NCBI GenBank assembly: GCA_964565195.1
Contig: CAZMCQ010000001.1
Coordinates: 61,153-125,152 of the forward strand
Direction: 5' to 3'
Length of the DNA: 64,000 nucleotides
From: an uncultured Candidatus Saccharibacteria bacterium
GTDB taxonomy: Bacteria; Patescibacteriota; Doudnabacteria; UBA920; 2-01-FULL-46-14
Made by a program: the position numbers and the translations under genes. This document shows, one piece after another, positions 43,507 through 52,368 of the stretch. Numbering within the stretch: position 1 is the first letter of the stretch; the number at the start of each line of letters is the position of its first letter. A model generated the notes under the pieces. It was given only the letters and a program-made list of their open reading frames with translations, did no database searches and was not told where the DNA came from.

Positions 43507-45262
43507 CTGTCTTCTTTATAACAGGCGCGAGCGGAATCGTGAAGTAAAAAGTGGTGCCGCGGCCCTCCTCGGAGAGAACGCCGACCTGGCCGCCGTGCGC
43601 CTCGACGACGCCTTTGACCACGACGAGGCCGAGACCCGTGCCTTTTTTCTCGCTTTTTTTGGCCGTGGAAAGCTGCTGAAACTTATTGAAAAGCTTCCCG
43701 ATTTCTTCCTGCGGGATACCAACACCCGTATCATTCACGGCCACAACCACCACGTCCGCGGGGGCCTTGAGGCCGCTTGACTGGCCAGGCCAGACGACCC
43801 CCAAGGCCGCGGCGCCCTCTGCCAGCGCTGCGCCCTGCGGACAGACATGCGCCGAGAGCGTCACGCGGCCGCCGGCCGGCGTGAATTTGATGGCATTGGA
43901 AAGGAGGTTGTTCAGCACTTGGGAAATTTTATTTTCATCAAACGAGAGCGCGGCCGGCAGTCGGTCGTCAATTTTGCTCTCCAGGGTAAGCTTCGCGTCG
44001 CCGGCCAGCGCCTGAAATGACTCCAGGCGCAGTTCGAGAAGTCGCCGCAGGTCATTGGGCCGCGCAAAGACTTCAAATTTCCCGGACTCCAGTTTGGCCA
44101 CATCCAAAAGGTCATTAACGAGATCGAGCATGGAGCTCGAATTCTGCGCAATGAGTTCCACAAACTCATTATACTTCTGCTGTTCGTTTTTCACGGCATC
44201 CGATTTGAGGAGCGTGGCGATGCTGCGGATGCCGGTCAGCGGCGAACGCAGCTCGTGCACCATCATCGAGGTGAAATCCTCGCGCAGTTTCTCGAGTTCC
44301 TTCTCGTGGGTGATGTCGTGGAACAGCACCACGCTCCCGAGCGGCTCGCCCTTGTTATCTTTGACTGGCGTGATCAGAATCTGCAAAAAACGGTCAGCCA
44401 GCTGGATGGCCTCCTCGACAATGAGTTCGTCTTTTTTTATGCTCTCCTCAATCTTCGTCCGCAGATCCAGCCGGTCCGAGAGCGCGTCCAGAATATCAAA
44501 AATGGTCGGGTGTTCGGCGGCGAGCCCCAGCATCTTTTTGGTCTGCGGATTGACGACCAGCAGGCGGTCGTGCGTGTCCACCATGAGGACCCCGTCAGCC
44601 ATGCTCGCCACCATGGCATTCAGCTTGCCCTTTTCAATCTCGAGGACAGTCTCGAGTTTGGAGACGCTGTCCGCGGCCTGATTCATGATGGTATATAAAA
44701 TCTCCACCTCATCACTCGTCTTGTAAAGTCCCGCGCGCGACGAGGCCACGGTGAGGATCCCGGCCGGCCGGTTGTTGATGATCACCGGCACGTTGAAAAA
44801 GGATTTGACGCTCGTGGCGCTGGCGGGGTCAGTCACGACTCCGGTCACGCTCTCGTCAACATCTTTCTCCGTGTACTGCCGCGAAAGGAGCGCGGAAAAG
44901 GATCGGAGCATCCGGCCGCGCACGTCGGCGATAAACTGCTTGTTCAGGGATTCGGCCAGAATAATCCGGAATAATAGCCGGCCATCTTCCTCTGGCAGCA
45001 TGTAGGCGACCGTGGAATACGGCAGGAGCTTCTCGAGACTGCCCGAGATGATATCCACGATTTTCTGGACATTCAGGGAGTAGCCGATGCGTTCGCCGAG
45101 TTCGCGCAGGATCGAGAGTTGGTACATACGCTGCCGCATCTCGTTCTCGCGCCGGTCCAACCGCGCTCGCGTCCGGCGGTATTCGAATAAAAAAATCACC
45201 AGCACAATCGCAGAAAAAATTGCGGCCCACAGTATGGATTGTGTTGGCGGAAGAAACGGCAT
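43496..45262 (-). CDS. Sensor histidine kinase with N-terminal TM, GAF and PAS-like modules
   Basis: TM at the N-terminus, then H-box MVHELRSPLTGI and ATPase motifs (GTGLGLVVVKGVVEAHGG). 588 aa. Confidence 0.85.
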   Translation of the reverse strand: MPFLPPTQSILWAAIFSAIVLVIFLFEYRRTRARLDRRENEMRQRMYQLSILRELGERIGYSLNVQKIVDIISGSLEKLLPYSTVAYMLPEEDGRLLFRIILAESLNKQFIADVRGRMLRSFSALLSRQYTEKDVDESVTGVVTDPASATSVKSFFNVPVIINNRPAGILTVASSRAGLYKTSDEVEILYTIMNQAADSVSKLETVLEIEKGKLNAMVASMADGVLMVDTHDRLLVVNPQTKKMLGLAAEHPTIFDILDALSDRLDLRTKIEESIKKDELIVEEAIQLADRFLQILITPVKDNKGEPLGSVVLFHDITHEKELEKLREDFTSMMVHELRSPLTGIRSIATLLKSDAVKNEQQKYNEFVELIAQNSSSMLDLVNDLLDVAKLESGKFEVFARPNDLRRLLELRLESFQALAGDAKLTLESKIDDRLPAALSFDENKISQVLNNLLSNAIKFTPAGGRVTLSAHVCPQGAALAEGAAALGVVWPGQSSGLKAPADVVVVAVNDTGVGIPQEEIGKLFNKFQQLSTAKKSEKKGTGLGLVVVKGVVEAHGGQVGVLSEEGRGTTFYFTIPLAPVIKKTDGK

Positions 45263-45274
45263 CAGCTTTTATTT

Positions 45275-45571
45275 TTATTTCGCGATCTTGGTGAGCTTGG
45301 AAAAGCCGACTGTGGAAAAAACGAGGCCCAAAAGTAAAACGAGGTTATGCACCATGGGCGCATACCCGCCGGCGATGGAACTGATAAAACTTAAATTGCC
45401 GAGCACGCGGTCAAGCGCTTCGATTGAGAAGAAAACAATGCCCATGCCGATCCAATTGAGCGCCGCGCCGATCAAGCCGCCATAAACTTGCGTGGTCTTC
45501 TTCAGACTGTACAGAATTCCGAAAAAGATCACGACCACGAAGATCTGCACCAAAAGCTGTCCTAAATTCAT
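45275..45571 (-). CDS. Small membrane protein (3 TM), hypothetical
   Basis: 98 aa and hydrophobic throughout. Confidence 0.5.
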   Translation of the reverse strand: MNLGQLLVQIFVVVIFFGILYSLKKTTQVYGGLIGAALNWIGMGIVFFSIEALDRVLGNLSFISSIAGGYAPMVHNLVLLLGLVFSTVGFSKLTKIAK

Positions 45572-45576
45572 GCGGT

Positions 45577-45846
45577 TTATAAATTAAGTTTGATGTCCGG
45601 ATATTTGGCAAACACCGGCCCGAGGATGTTCTTCACAATTTCCCCGGAAAGCGAAATATATTCCGAAACGAGGCTCTGCAAAATGGTCTGCGCATCGCCG
45701 GAGAGTGAGCTTACGCTGCCGTCATCATTAACCGAAAGCCCGGCCACGTTTTTGGCTTTCCGCAGGGCAATATCCGGACCCAGGATATCCATCTGTTTGC
45801 GGATGATCTCGCTCAAAAGACTTTTGTAGTTCTCGGCGTCGCTCAT
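45577..45846 (-). CDS. Hypothetical protein (89 aa)
   Basis: ORF with coding-like composition between two regulator genes. Confidence 0.45.
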   Translation of the reverse strand: MSDAENYKSLLSEIIRKQMDILGPDIALRKAKNVAGLSVNDDGSVSSLSGDAQTILQSLVSEYISLSGEIVKNILGPVFAKYPDIKLNL

Positions 45847-46229
45847 CTTTTGCTCCGCGTCAGCACGGTACGCACTTTATCAAGCAGGTCCTCGAGCTTG
45901 TAGTTGGCCTTGACGAGGTAATCCATAGCGCCCAGAGACAACGCCTCGGAGATCCGTTCGTAATCCGAAAGGTTGGTGAGAATCACGACCGGAACATCGC
46001 GCGTCTCGGCGTCGGCTTTGAGTTTCTGCAGCATCTCCATCCCGTCCATCTTCGGCATAACCAAATCCAAAAGAATCAGATCGGGTTTGAAAGATTTGGT
46101 TTTCTCTAAGCCCTCCACGCCGTCCAGCGCCCCCTCGACCTCATACCCGCCCCCTGACAGTTCCTCTTTGAGCGCGGCCAAAAGAATTTCCTCATCCTCG
46201 ACCACCAAAACCCTGCCTTTATTTTCCAT
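45843..46229 (-). CDS. Single-domain response regulator (CheY-like receiver)
   Basis: Start at MENKGRVLVVEDEEIL. Contains LILLDLVMPKMDGMEML and the TNLSDYE motif. Confidence 0.8.
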   Translation of the reverse strand: MENKGRVLVVEDEEILLAALKEELSGGGYEVEGALDGVEGLEKTKSFKPDLILLDLVMPKMDGMEMLQKLKADAETRDVPVVILTNLSDYERISEALSLGAMDYLVKANYKLEDLLDKVRTVLTRSKR

Positions 46230-46288
46230 AAGCTTTGTTTCCCCTATTAAATAAATGGTAATTGTCTCTAAAGTGTAGCACAAATTTC

Positions 46289-47662
46289 TCAAGTTTTCAA
46301 TTTTTTGCTTAAACTTTCGCCGGTGGCCACAATCTTCCGATCCAAGTGTCGCCTGGTTGCCTCAATCCCGTCAACAATTTCCACTGACGGCTTATCTGCG
46401 GCCAGGCCGCCTAATTTCTTATGGATGCGGTGGCGCAATTTGTTCAAAGTAAAATCCACTTCGGCCCGCAGGGCCAGGATTTCCTTCACCCCGGGCTCCT
46501 TTTTCAGCTTTTGCAGCTCACGGATGAGCCAGCCGATCAGAAGCAGGAGCAGCAGGTTCAGCGCGAATAACAAATACAGCGGCAGCTGCAGATTTGCGAA
46601 AAAGCCCACAAGCGGCAGCCCATTCACAATAATCGGCAGCTCGCTTTGGCGCTCATTGCCGGCGCGGTCTACGGCCGTAACGCGGATCACGTGCGGCCCG
46701 TTTTTCATTTTGTGAAAGGTGTGGGGCGACGCGCCTCTTTCCGCAACCTCCTCTTCATCTAGAAAAATTTCGTAGTGCTCAATACCTGACCCGCCCGGGT
46801 CCGTGGCCTCAAACTCAATGGTCGGCGTGCGGGTGACGTCATTCAAATCCGCCTGCCCGACCAACTGGATCTTAAAAAGTTTCGGCACCTCGGTGTCGAT
46901 CTGGATGCGGAAATGCTCCGTCGGCCCAAAGGCGGAATTGGCCTCCTGCCGCCGCGCCTTGATGTGGAAATACCAGACCCCGTCCTCAAGGTCAGGGTAC
47001 TTTTGACTGGTCGTTACGGTTGTGTCCAGAGTGTTGTCCGGAACAGTATCTTCTTTCTGGTCGAGCTCAAAGCTAAACCCATAGGCATTGGCCGGCCGCG
47101 TCCAGATGAGTTCCACCTCGTTTTTCGCATACCACGCCTCTTCCTTTGGGTGCGTCGGCGAGCCGACTTCCGGAGCGGCCACGGCCGGAGGCGTGATGGT
47201 GTAGCGTCCGCCGGCCGTGGCGGCAAGCGCATTGGTGCCCTGGCCGTCGTTCAGGAGAGCTTTTCCGCTTCCTACCGTGATGGTCGCCGAACCAACGCTC
47301 GTGCCGCGGAACGTCAGGGTCCCCACATGCCCGGCACCCCCCGTATAGCCCGGGCTCGGCAGCCCGCCGCCAAAATAAGCACTGCCCTGACCTTTCGCGG
47401 GCGAGCCCGGAGAGGCCAGATAAAAAGTTCCGCCCTGGGCCACGCTTACGAGCTCGAGATTGCTCGAATAACTGATCGTGGCCTCGGCTGTATTCACGGC
47501 TTGCCCCTGCGTGTCAGTCCGCACCGTGACGCTAAAGTTTGACCCGAGCGAAAAACTGCCCGAGGCCGGCGAGATGTATAAGCTCGCGGCTTGGGCACTC
47601 CCTGCCAGAAGCAAACCGAAAGCAAACAAGAATCCTAATTGTATTTGCTTTTTAGTTTCCAA
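46289..47662 (-). CDS. Cohesin-domain surface protein with C-terminal TM anchor and cytoplasmic tail
   Basis: Signal peptide, then ASLYISPASGSFSLGSNFSVTVRTDTQGQAVNTAEATISYSSNLELVSV (cohesin-like), an Ig/FN3-like middle region and a TM (LYLLFALNLLLLLLIGWLI). Overlaps the next gene by 28 nt. Confidence 0.7.
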   Translation of the reverse strand: METKKQIQLGFLFAFGLLLAGSAQAASLYISPASGSFSLGSNFSVTVRTDTQGQAVNTAEATISYSSNLELVSVAQGGTFYLASPGSPAKGQGSAYFGGGLPSPGYTGGAGHVGTLTFRGTSVGSATITVGSGKALLNDGQGTNALAATAGGRYTITPPAVAAPEVGSPTHPKEEAWYAKNEVELIWTRPANAYGFSFELDQKEDTVPDNTLDTTVTTSQKYPDLEDGVWYFHIKARRQEANSAFGPTEHFRIQIDTEVPKLFKIQLVGQADLNDVTRTPTIEFEATDPGGSGIEHYEIFLDEEEVAERGASPHTFHKMKNGPHVIRVTAVDRAGNERQSELPIIVNGLPLVGFFANLQLPLYLLFALNLLLLLLIGWLIRELQKLKKEPGVKEILALRAEVDFTLNKLRHRIHKKLGGLAADKPSVEIVDGIEATRRHLDRKIVATGESLSKKLKT

Positions 47663-48705
47663 AGCAGAACAGCTGCACTAATTATTCCCAAAGCAATTAA
47701 TACGTTTAAGGGAATGCGCGCCGGATAATTTACGGTTTCTGTCCGGACGTTGCCGGCGCGGTCTACGGCCATAACCTTGACGGTATTGCCAAGGAGAGGC
47801 CGCTGCAATTCAAAAGGACTTTGCGCTTCACGGGAGAAACCAAAGGCGCCCGTTTTAATTTTATAATGCGCTATTCCCGAAGTTTTGTCCACTGTGGAGA
47901 AAGAAAGAAACGGCCTGCCGGAAAACAGTTCCGGGTCCGAAGAAATTTGGGGGGCGAACTCCTCTGGCGGGGTCTGATCAATCTGCACGCGGAATACCGC
48001 GGCCTCCTGCCACGCCTCTTCCGTCAATTTGGTATTGAGCTTGAAATAATAGATGCCATCCGGCAGATTTTCGTAACCATACTCCTCGCGGACCTCGTCC
48101 TTCTGTTCATCAGGAATGATTTCCAGATTGGAGCTGAAACTATAACTGTATTCCTCATCCGGCCGCGGGACAAACTTCAAAATGACTTTATTATCTTTAT
48201 ACCAGGCGTTGCTGTCCGGATGGGTTGTGGCGGTGATTAAAATCGGCTTCACTCCTTTGGGTGTCACGGCAAAATTCAGGACACGAAATTGAAGCGGCAC
48301 TGGCGTGCCGCGGCCGTCACTGGCAAGCGCGACCGATTGAGCATCCATGGTGATCTGCGCATTGCCCGTTTTTTTTGCCAGAAAGGTCGAGCGAAATACT
48401 GGAAATGCCGACGCATTAAACCCACCCGTCACGCCGCCGGTCAGGAGAAGCGTATTGCCTCGCACCTCGGGTCGCTCCACCCACAGCGAAACGAGCGAAT
48501 TGCCGGGCGCGACATCAATCGCCTCGAGTGTCTCCGGACTATAATTCAGCCGCAAAGAAATAGTATTGAGCGGAACTTTCTCGGTATCCAAGAACCAGTC
48601 CACGACAAAGCTCTCGCCTTCGCTCACTGTCTGGTAAGCAGAGCCGGCATAGAGCACCGCCGCCCGGGCGGCAGGCGCTAAAGCAACGCTAAATAAAAAC
48701 GCCAT
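47635..48705 (-). CDS. Cohesin-domain surface protein (paralog of 46289-47662) with C-terminal TM anchor
   Basis: Start set at MAFLFSVALAPAARA, which is the signal peptide. The track N-terminus MIGHWCLF... is read from the CAATTAG repeat and is not coding. Shares the THP...AWY...DG.YYF...VQID..P...HY.I...VDRAGN pattern with its neighbour. Confidence 0.7.
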   Translation of the reverse strand: MAFLFSVALAPAARAAVLYAGSAYQTVSEGESFVVDWFLDTEKVPLNTISLRLNYSPETLEAIDVAPGNSLVSLWVERPEVRGNTLLLTGGVTGGFNASAFPVFRSTFLAKKTGNAQITMDAQSVALASDGRGTPVPLQFRVLNFAVTPKGVKPILITATTHPDSNAWYKDNKVILKFVPRPDEEYSYSFSSNLEIIPDEQKDEVREEYGYENLPDGIYYFKLNTKLTEEAWQEAAVFRVQIDQTPPEEFAPQISSDPELFSGRPFLSFSTVDKTSGIAHYKIKTGAFGFSREAQSPFELQRPLLGNTVKVMAVDRAGNVRTETVNYPARIPLNVLIALGIISAAVLLWKLKSKYN

Positions 48706-48710
48706 CGGAA

Positions 48711-48770
48711 AAATTGACCTAATTAACCTAATTGCTCTAATTGACCTAAACAAGCACCAATGCCCAATCA
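48711..48770. repeat. CAATTAG-rich AT-rich element, copy 1 (5' of surface-protein gene, 3' of four-helix-bundle gene)
   Basis: AAATTGACCTAATTAACCTAATTGCTCTAATTGACCTAAACAAGCACCAATGCCCAATCAT. The inverted partner lies at 49129-49168. Confidence 0.6.
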
Positions 48771-49127
48771 TTTTAGCTTCCTATAAATGGAATTAAAGAT
48801 AAGGTTTAACTCTTTCGCTTCAATCCATAATTGACGGGCTCGGTCTTTTATGGCGGGTTCTGCAATAGCAGACATTCGCAGGAAGTGTTTTGATTCACGG
48901 GTTTCTTTTTTGCAAATGCCAATCTTGTGTTTGAAATCCGCTTTGCTTTCTGAATCGTCAGCTTCACAATAGTTAGCGCCGACAGAAGTTCCACACTTAA
49001 CCAGCTGATTAATGATTGGCCGAGTGATCTCGTTCTTAACCAGAGCTTGGCAAAATTTGATAATATCCTCTCCAAACTTGGCCGTTCGTTCCTCGAGATC
49101 ATATTTGGAATTTTGGGATTTGGACAT
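48768..49127 (-). CDS. Four-helix-bundle protein (23S rRNA intervening-sequence protein / Avd-like family, TIGR02436-like)
   Basis: 119 aa, LVKCGTSVGANYCEADDSESKADFKHKIGICKKETRESKHFL matches the family core (S.GANIAEG...S.KDF...ESKYWL). Confidence 0.75.
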   Translation of the reverse strand: MSKSQNSKYDLEERTAKFGEDIIKFCQALVKNEITRPIINQLVKCGTSVGANYCEADDSESKADFKHKIGICKKETRESKHFLRMSAIAEPAIKDRARQLWIEAKELNLIFNSIYRKLK

Positions 49128-49128
49128 T

Positions 49129-49168
49129 GTTTAGAACAATTAGGTCAATTAGTAATTAGGTTAATTTT
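49129..49168. repeat. CAATTAG-rich element, copy 3 (inverted orientation, about 85 percent identical to copy 1)
   Basis: GTTTAGAACAATTAGGTCAATTAGTAATTAGGTTAATTTT. Its reverse complement AATTAACCTAATTACTAATTGACCTAATTGTTCTAAAC aligns with 48721-48752. Confidence 0.6.
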
Positions 49169-49169
49169 G

Positions 49170-50468
49170 CTAGCCAGTCCAATCATATAATAAGATCGAA
49201 AAATCCGTGAGGTTGACGATGCCGTCGTTGTTGATATCCCCCTTGCCCCCAAATTTGTTCCAGTTGTAAAGCAGAATCGAAAAATCCGTGAGGTTGACGC
49301 GGTCGTCATTGTTTAGGTCAGAGCGTTTGCTCTCCCCCGAGGGAGAGGCCTTCACCGATTTGTCGCCGACGTGAAACTCCAGCGTGCTTGAGTAGGGCGA
49401 GAGGAGATTTGCCTTGGCGGACTGGGATTTGGAGGTGTGACCGCCAATTTCTAAAACCGCGGTATTAAACGCCCGAAACCACGCGCCGGAATTTTCCGCC
49501 GTCACCTTCTCGATGTACTGCTGGTGAGAATTGACAAACACACTTACCGTGGAGGCCGGCGCCGTGTAGCCGAAAAAGTTCATGGTGTCGCCCTGCTTGA
49601 TGATGCTGTGCGACGCGCCGATGGTCGGCCCGAGAAAGATATTGTCCACAGTGGTCGTGACGCCAGAGGTGACAGACTGGATGAAGCTGTGCGACGGCGT
49701 CTTCACCCCTTTGGTATCCTCGGCGTAAAAGCTGAAGGAATAAATGCCGGTTGTAAGACTGCCGATCGTCACCTGGAAAGCTGCGGCCGGATCCGCGGTC
49801 GTAGTCGCGGCCACGGCCCCGTCGCGCAGCACAAACACAGTCGCCCCCGGAGAGGCGAGCCCCTTGAAAATGATACTCGCCGTGCCGGCGGCCGGCGTCC
49901 CATAACCGCCCCCACCTCCTCCCCCGCTCCCCGCGCTGCCGGACGAGGCGGCGGCCGGCGCCGCTGATTTTTCAGTTGAGATTGAGATCACCGTCCCGCC
50001 GGAAGTTTTGGCCCGCACCACAAAATAATAAGTCGTGCCATTGGTCAGGCCGTCTTTGGTGTAGCTTGTGACATTGCCGACGCTTTGAAAAGTATAGGAG
50101 CCGGACACTGTGCCAGTCCCGAGATCATAGCTCCCCACTGCCACGCCGAGATAAGTCGTGGGCGCGGTCCAGGAGAGGGCGACCTGGCCGCTGCCCGCCG
50201 TCGCCGTAAGGGTCGGCTTGGTCGCGGTGAAATAATATTGAAATCCGCTCCAGAGCTGAAAACTTTCCGAGGTGGATTTGCCGATGGCGGTCTGGCTAAG
50301 CGACTGGCCGAGGCCGAAGTTGGACGAGGTGGACGTGGCGCTGCCCGCGGAAATGATCGGGTTGGTCACCGTGAAATTGGTGGAGGAAAAATCCGTAGCA
50401 GCAGCTACAAATGGCAACAGCAGAACCAATATCCATCCTGAAATTAACTTTTTCATTTTTGATTTCAT
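49170..50468 (-). CDS. Secreted FN3-domain protein with tandem C-terminal dockerin repeats
   Basis: Signal peptide, an FN3-like region (GQVALSWTAP...TNGTTYYFVVRAKTSGG), a Gly-rich linker and two DLNNDDRVNLTDFSILLYNW / DINNDGIVNLTDFSILLYDW dockerin-type Ca-binding repeats. Confidence 0.75.
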   Translation of the reverse strand: MKSKMKKLISGWILVLLLPFVAAATDFSSTNFTVTNPIISAGSATSTSSNFGLGQSLSQTAIGKSTSESFQLWSGFQYYFTATKPTLTATAGSGQVALSWTAPTTYLGVAVGSYDLGTGTVSGSYTFQSVGNVTSYTKDGLTNGTTYYFVVRAKTSGGTVISISTEKSAAPAAASSGSAGSGGGGGGGYGTPAAGTASIIFKGLASPGATVFVLRDGAVAATTTADPAAAFQVTIGSLTTGIYSFSFYAEDTKGVKTPSHSFIQSVTSGVTTTVDNIFLGPTIGASHSIIKQGDTMNFFGYTAPASTVSVFVNSHQQYIEKVTAENSGAWFRAFNTAVLEIGGHTSKSQSAKANLLSPYSSTLEFHVGDKSVKASPSGESKRSDLNNDDRVNLTDFSILLYNWNKFGGKGDINNDGIVNLTDFSILLYDWTG

Positions 50469-50471
50469 CAG

Positions 50472-50534
50472 AATTTCTAATTCACCTAATTGCTCTAATT
50501 ATTCTAAACAAATCCCAATCCCCAATTGGTCATT
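50472..50534. repeat. CAATTAG-rich element, copy 2 (same orientation as copy 1, solo)
   Basis: AATTTCTAATTCACCTAATTGCTCTAATTATTCTAAACAAATCCCAATCCCCAATTGGTCATT lies immediately 5' of the dockerin protein ATG at 50468. Confidence 0.6.
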
Positions 50535-50568
50535 AGAATAATTAGATATTTATTATCTCCATTGTATC

Positions 50569-50602
50569 AAAAAACTGCGCCTCGTGCGAGAACGCAGTTT
50601 TG
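50569..50602. terminator. Bidirectional terminator (AACTGCG-CCTCGTGCGAGAA-CGCAGTT)
   Basis: AAAAAACTGCGCCTCGTGCGAGAACGCAGTTTTG lies downstream of the minus-strand gene ending at 50615. Confidence 0.6.
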
Positions 50603-50614
50603 AAATCAATCTAA

Positions 50615-51097
50615 TTACTCTGTGCTCGCCCCGGCAGTCTGCCCAATATTAACTGGCGCGACCTCCACGATGATATTGCTCTCAGGGTTATAGAGAATGG
50701 CTTTTCGGGAATTGGTATAGATCAAAACCTTGTCGCCAACCTTGGCCTTCGCAAAAAACGGCTGGTCTTTGAGCTTCTCTGGATCCGCCACGGTCGCGAC
50801 CGTGGGCTGCTCGTCAGTGGGCAGGATGATAAGCCGCCCAACACGGGCAATGAGAGCCGCGGTTTCTTCCTGCGCGATCTTCTGCGGATTGGCTTTGAGC
50901 TCCCCGACCTGGTTATAAAAATAAGCGGCCGCCCCCAGTCCGGCGAGGGCCAAAACCGCCAGTCCCGCGATAATCGCTGTGAAGTATTTTGCGGGCACCG
51001 GGCCGGCTGGATTTTCGGTTTCATCTCCTAATTTTGGATCTTTTGGCATATCTTTTAGCATAATTCCTTTATAATTATCTTGGCCAGAGTATAGCAC
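50615..51097 (-). CDS. Membrane-anchored hypothetical protein
   Basis: 160-aa ORF with a TM at IIAGLAVLALAGLGAAAYF. The true start may be an internal Met. Confidence 0.5.
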   Translation of the reverse strand: MLYSGQDNYKGIMLKDMPKDPKLGDETENPAGPVPAKYFTAIIAGLAVLALAGLGAAAYFYNQVGELKANPQKIAQEETAALIARVGRLIILPTDEQPTVATVADPEKLKDQPFFAKAKVGDKVLIYTNSRKAILYNPESNIIVEVAPVNIGQTAGASTE

Positions 51098-51120
51098 AAC
51101 TTACCTGTGGAAAACTAGAG

Positions 51121-52368
51121 ATGATCGTCAAAAATTTCTTTTGGCTCTCGTTAACTCAAGGCAGCCGGATTCTCCGATTAATCGCGGTCATCTATGCCGC
51201 GCGGCTCTTGGGCGCTCCCGAGTACGGACGTTTTGCCTATATCTTGGGCCTTTTGAGTATTCTAGCGCTATTTGCTGACAGCGGCCTGTCTGAACTCCTA
51301 ACGCGGGATATCGCCCGACACAAGGACCGCCAAAGCGAGTATTTCGTAGCGAGCTTCTGGCTGAAAACGCTGCTCATTGTCCTGACCGCGGCCCTAATCT
51401 ACGCCCTCGGTCCATATGTGACAAAAATTGAAATGGTGCGCCCGCTCCTGTATTTATCCATTCTCCTCATGGCCTTTGATAATCTCCGCGAGTTGCTCAT
51501 CGGCTACCTGCGAGGTTTGCAAAGAATGGAAATCGAAACGGCGATTATCGCAGCCATGAACCTTGCGATCCTGCTCGGAGTGCTCCTCGCCCTGCCCTGG
51601 CAGCCCCGCGCCCAGACTCTCCTCATAATTTACATTCTCGGCAGCGGCCTGGCCGTGCTGCTGGCCGGAATGTTCAGCAGAAAAATATTTGTCGGAATTT
51701 TCCGGGATTTCCGCGCCACTCTGGCGCGGGAAATTTTGAAAAATTCCTGGCCCCTGGCCGCCGTAATCGGCCTGGGCACGCTGTATGGCCTCGACATGGT
51801 CATGCTCGGCTGGTGGCGGACCGCAGGAGAAATCGGGCTCTACTCGGCCGGGCAGAGGATTGTCCAGGGTTTAGCAATCGTGCCGACGCTCATTGCCACA
51901 GCAATCTTTCCCGCCCTATCTTCTGCGGTCCAAAACAACGAACAGGAAAAAGCACGGGCGATTAATAAAAAAGCGCTGGCCATAGTTTCTCTCTTCACTG
52001 TATTGGCCGTCGCCGGCGGCATAATCTTCCGGCAGCCAATCATCCGGCTTTTTTTTGGCCCCGAGTATGCTCCCGCCGCGACCAGCTTTGCGATACTGCT
52101 CGCAAGCGCGCTCCTGACTTTTCCGGGCGCGCTCTTGGTCAATATCATTTTGGCCCATAATGAACAACGCCGGGTCGTCAAATACGCTGTCGCGGGGACA
52201 GGAATTAATCTGATCTTGAATTTTCTGCTCATTCCGCCCTTGGGCATTGCCGGCGCGGCCACGGCCACGGCCATTGCGCTGGCCGTAAACTACGCGCTCG
52301 TCTGGCGCGCGGCAAACCAAATCATCAAAAAAGTTTCTCGACAGCATCCAGACCTTTCTCCAGACTGA
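51121..52368 (+). CDS. Oligosaccharide flippase (Wzx / polysaccharide biosynthesis protein family)
   Basis: 415 aa, about 12 TM, typical MOP-superfamily Wzx architecture. Confidence 0.75.
   Translation: MIVKNFFWLSLTQGSRILRLIAVIYAARLLGAPEYGRFAYILGLLSILALFADSGLSELLTRDIARHKDRQSEYFVASFWLKTLLIVLTAALIYALGPYVTKIEMVRPLLYLSILLMAFDNLRELLIGYLRGLQRMEIETAIIAAMNLAILLGVLLALPWQPRAQTLLIIYILGSGLAVLLAGMFSRKIFVGIFRDFRATLAREILKNSWPLAAVIGLGTLYGLDMVMLGWWRTAGEIGLYSAGQRIVQGLAIVPTLIATAIFPALSSAVQNNEQEKARAINKKALAIVSLFTVLAVAGGIIFRQPIIRLFFGPEYAPAATSFAILLASALLTFPGALLVNIILAHNEQRRVVKYAVAGTGINLILNFLLIPPLGIAGAATATAIALAVNYALVWRAANQIIKKVSRQHPDLSPD

Noticed and set aside
48706-48771. N-terminal extension MIGHWCLFRSIRAIRLIRSIFP of gene 47635..48771
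   Set aside because: It is translated from the CAATTAG repeat element, which also occurs non-coding at two other sites. The signal peptide starts at the Met at 48705.
46289-50468. Complete diversity-generating retroelement around the four-helix-bundle gene
   Set aside because: No reverse-transcriptase ORF (no YxDD-containing protein) and no obvious template/variable repeat pair in the window. Only the Avd-like gene and inverted repeats are present, so it is reported as a hypothesis to test genome-wide.
48711-50534. CRISPR array interpretation of the CCTAATTG repeats
   Set aside because: There are only three dispersed copies, one of them inverted and flanking a gene, with no regular spacer architecture and no cas genes in the window.
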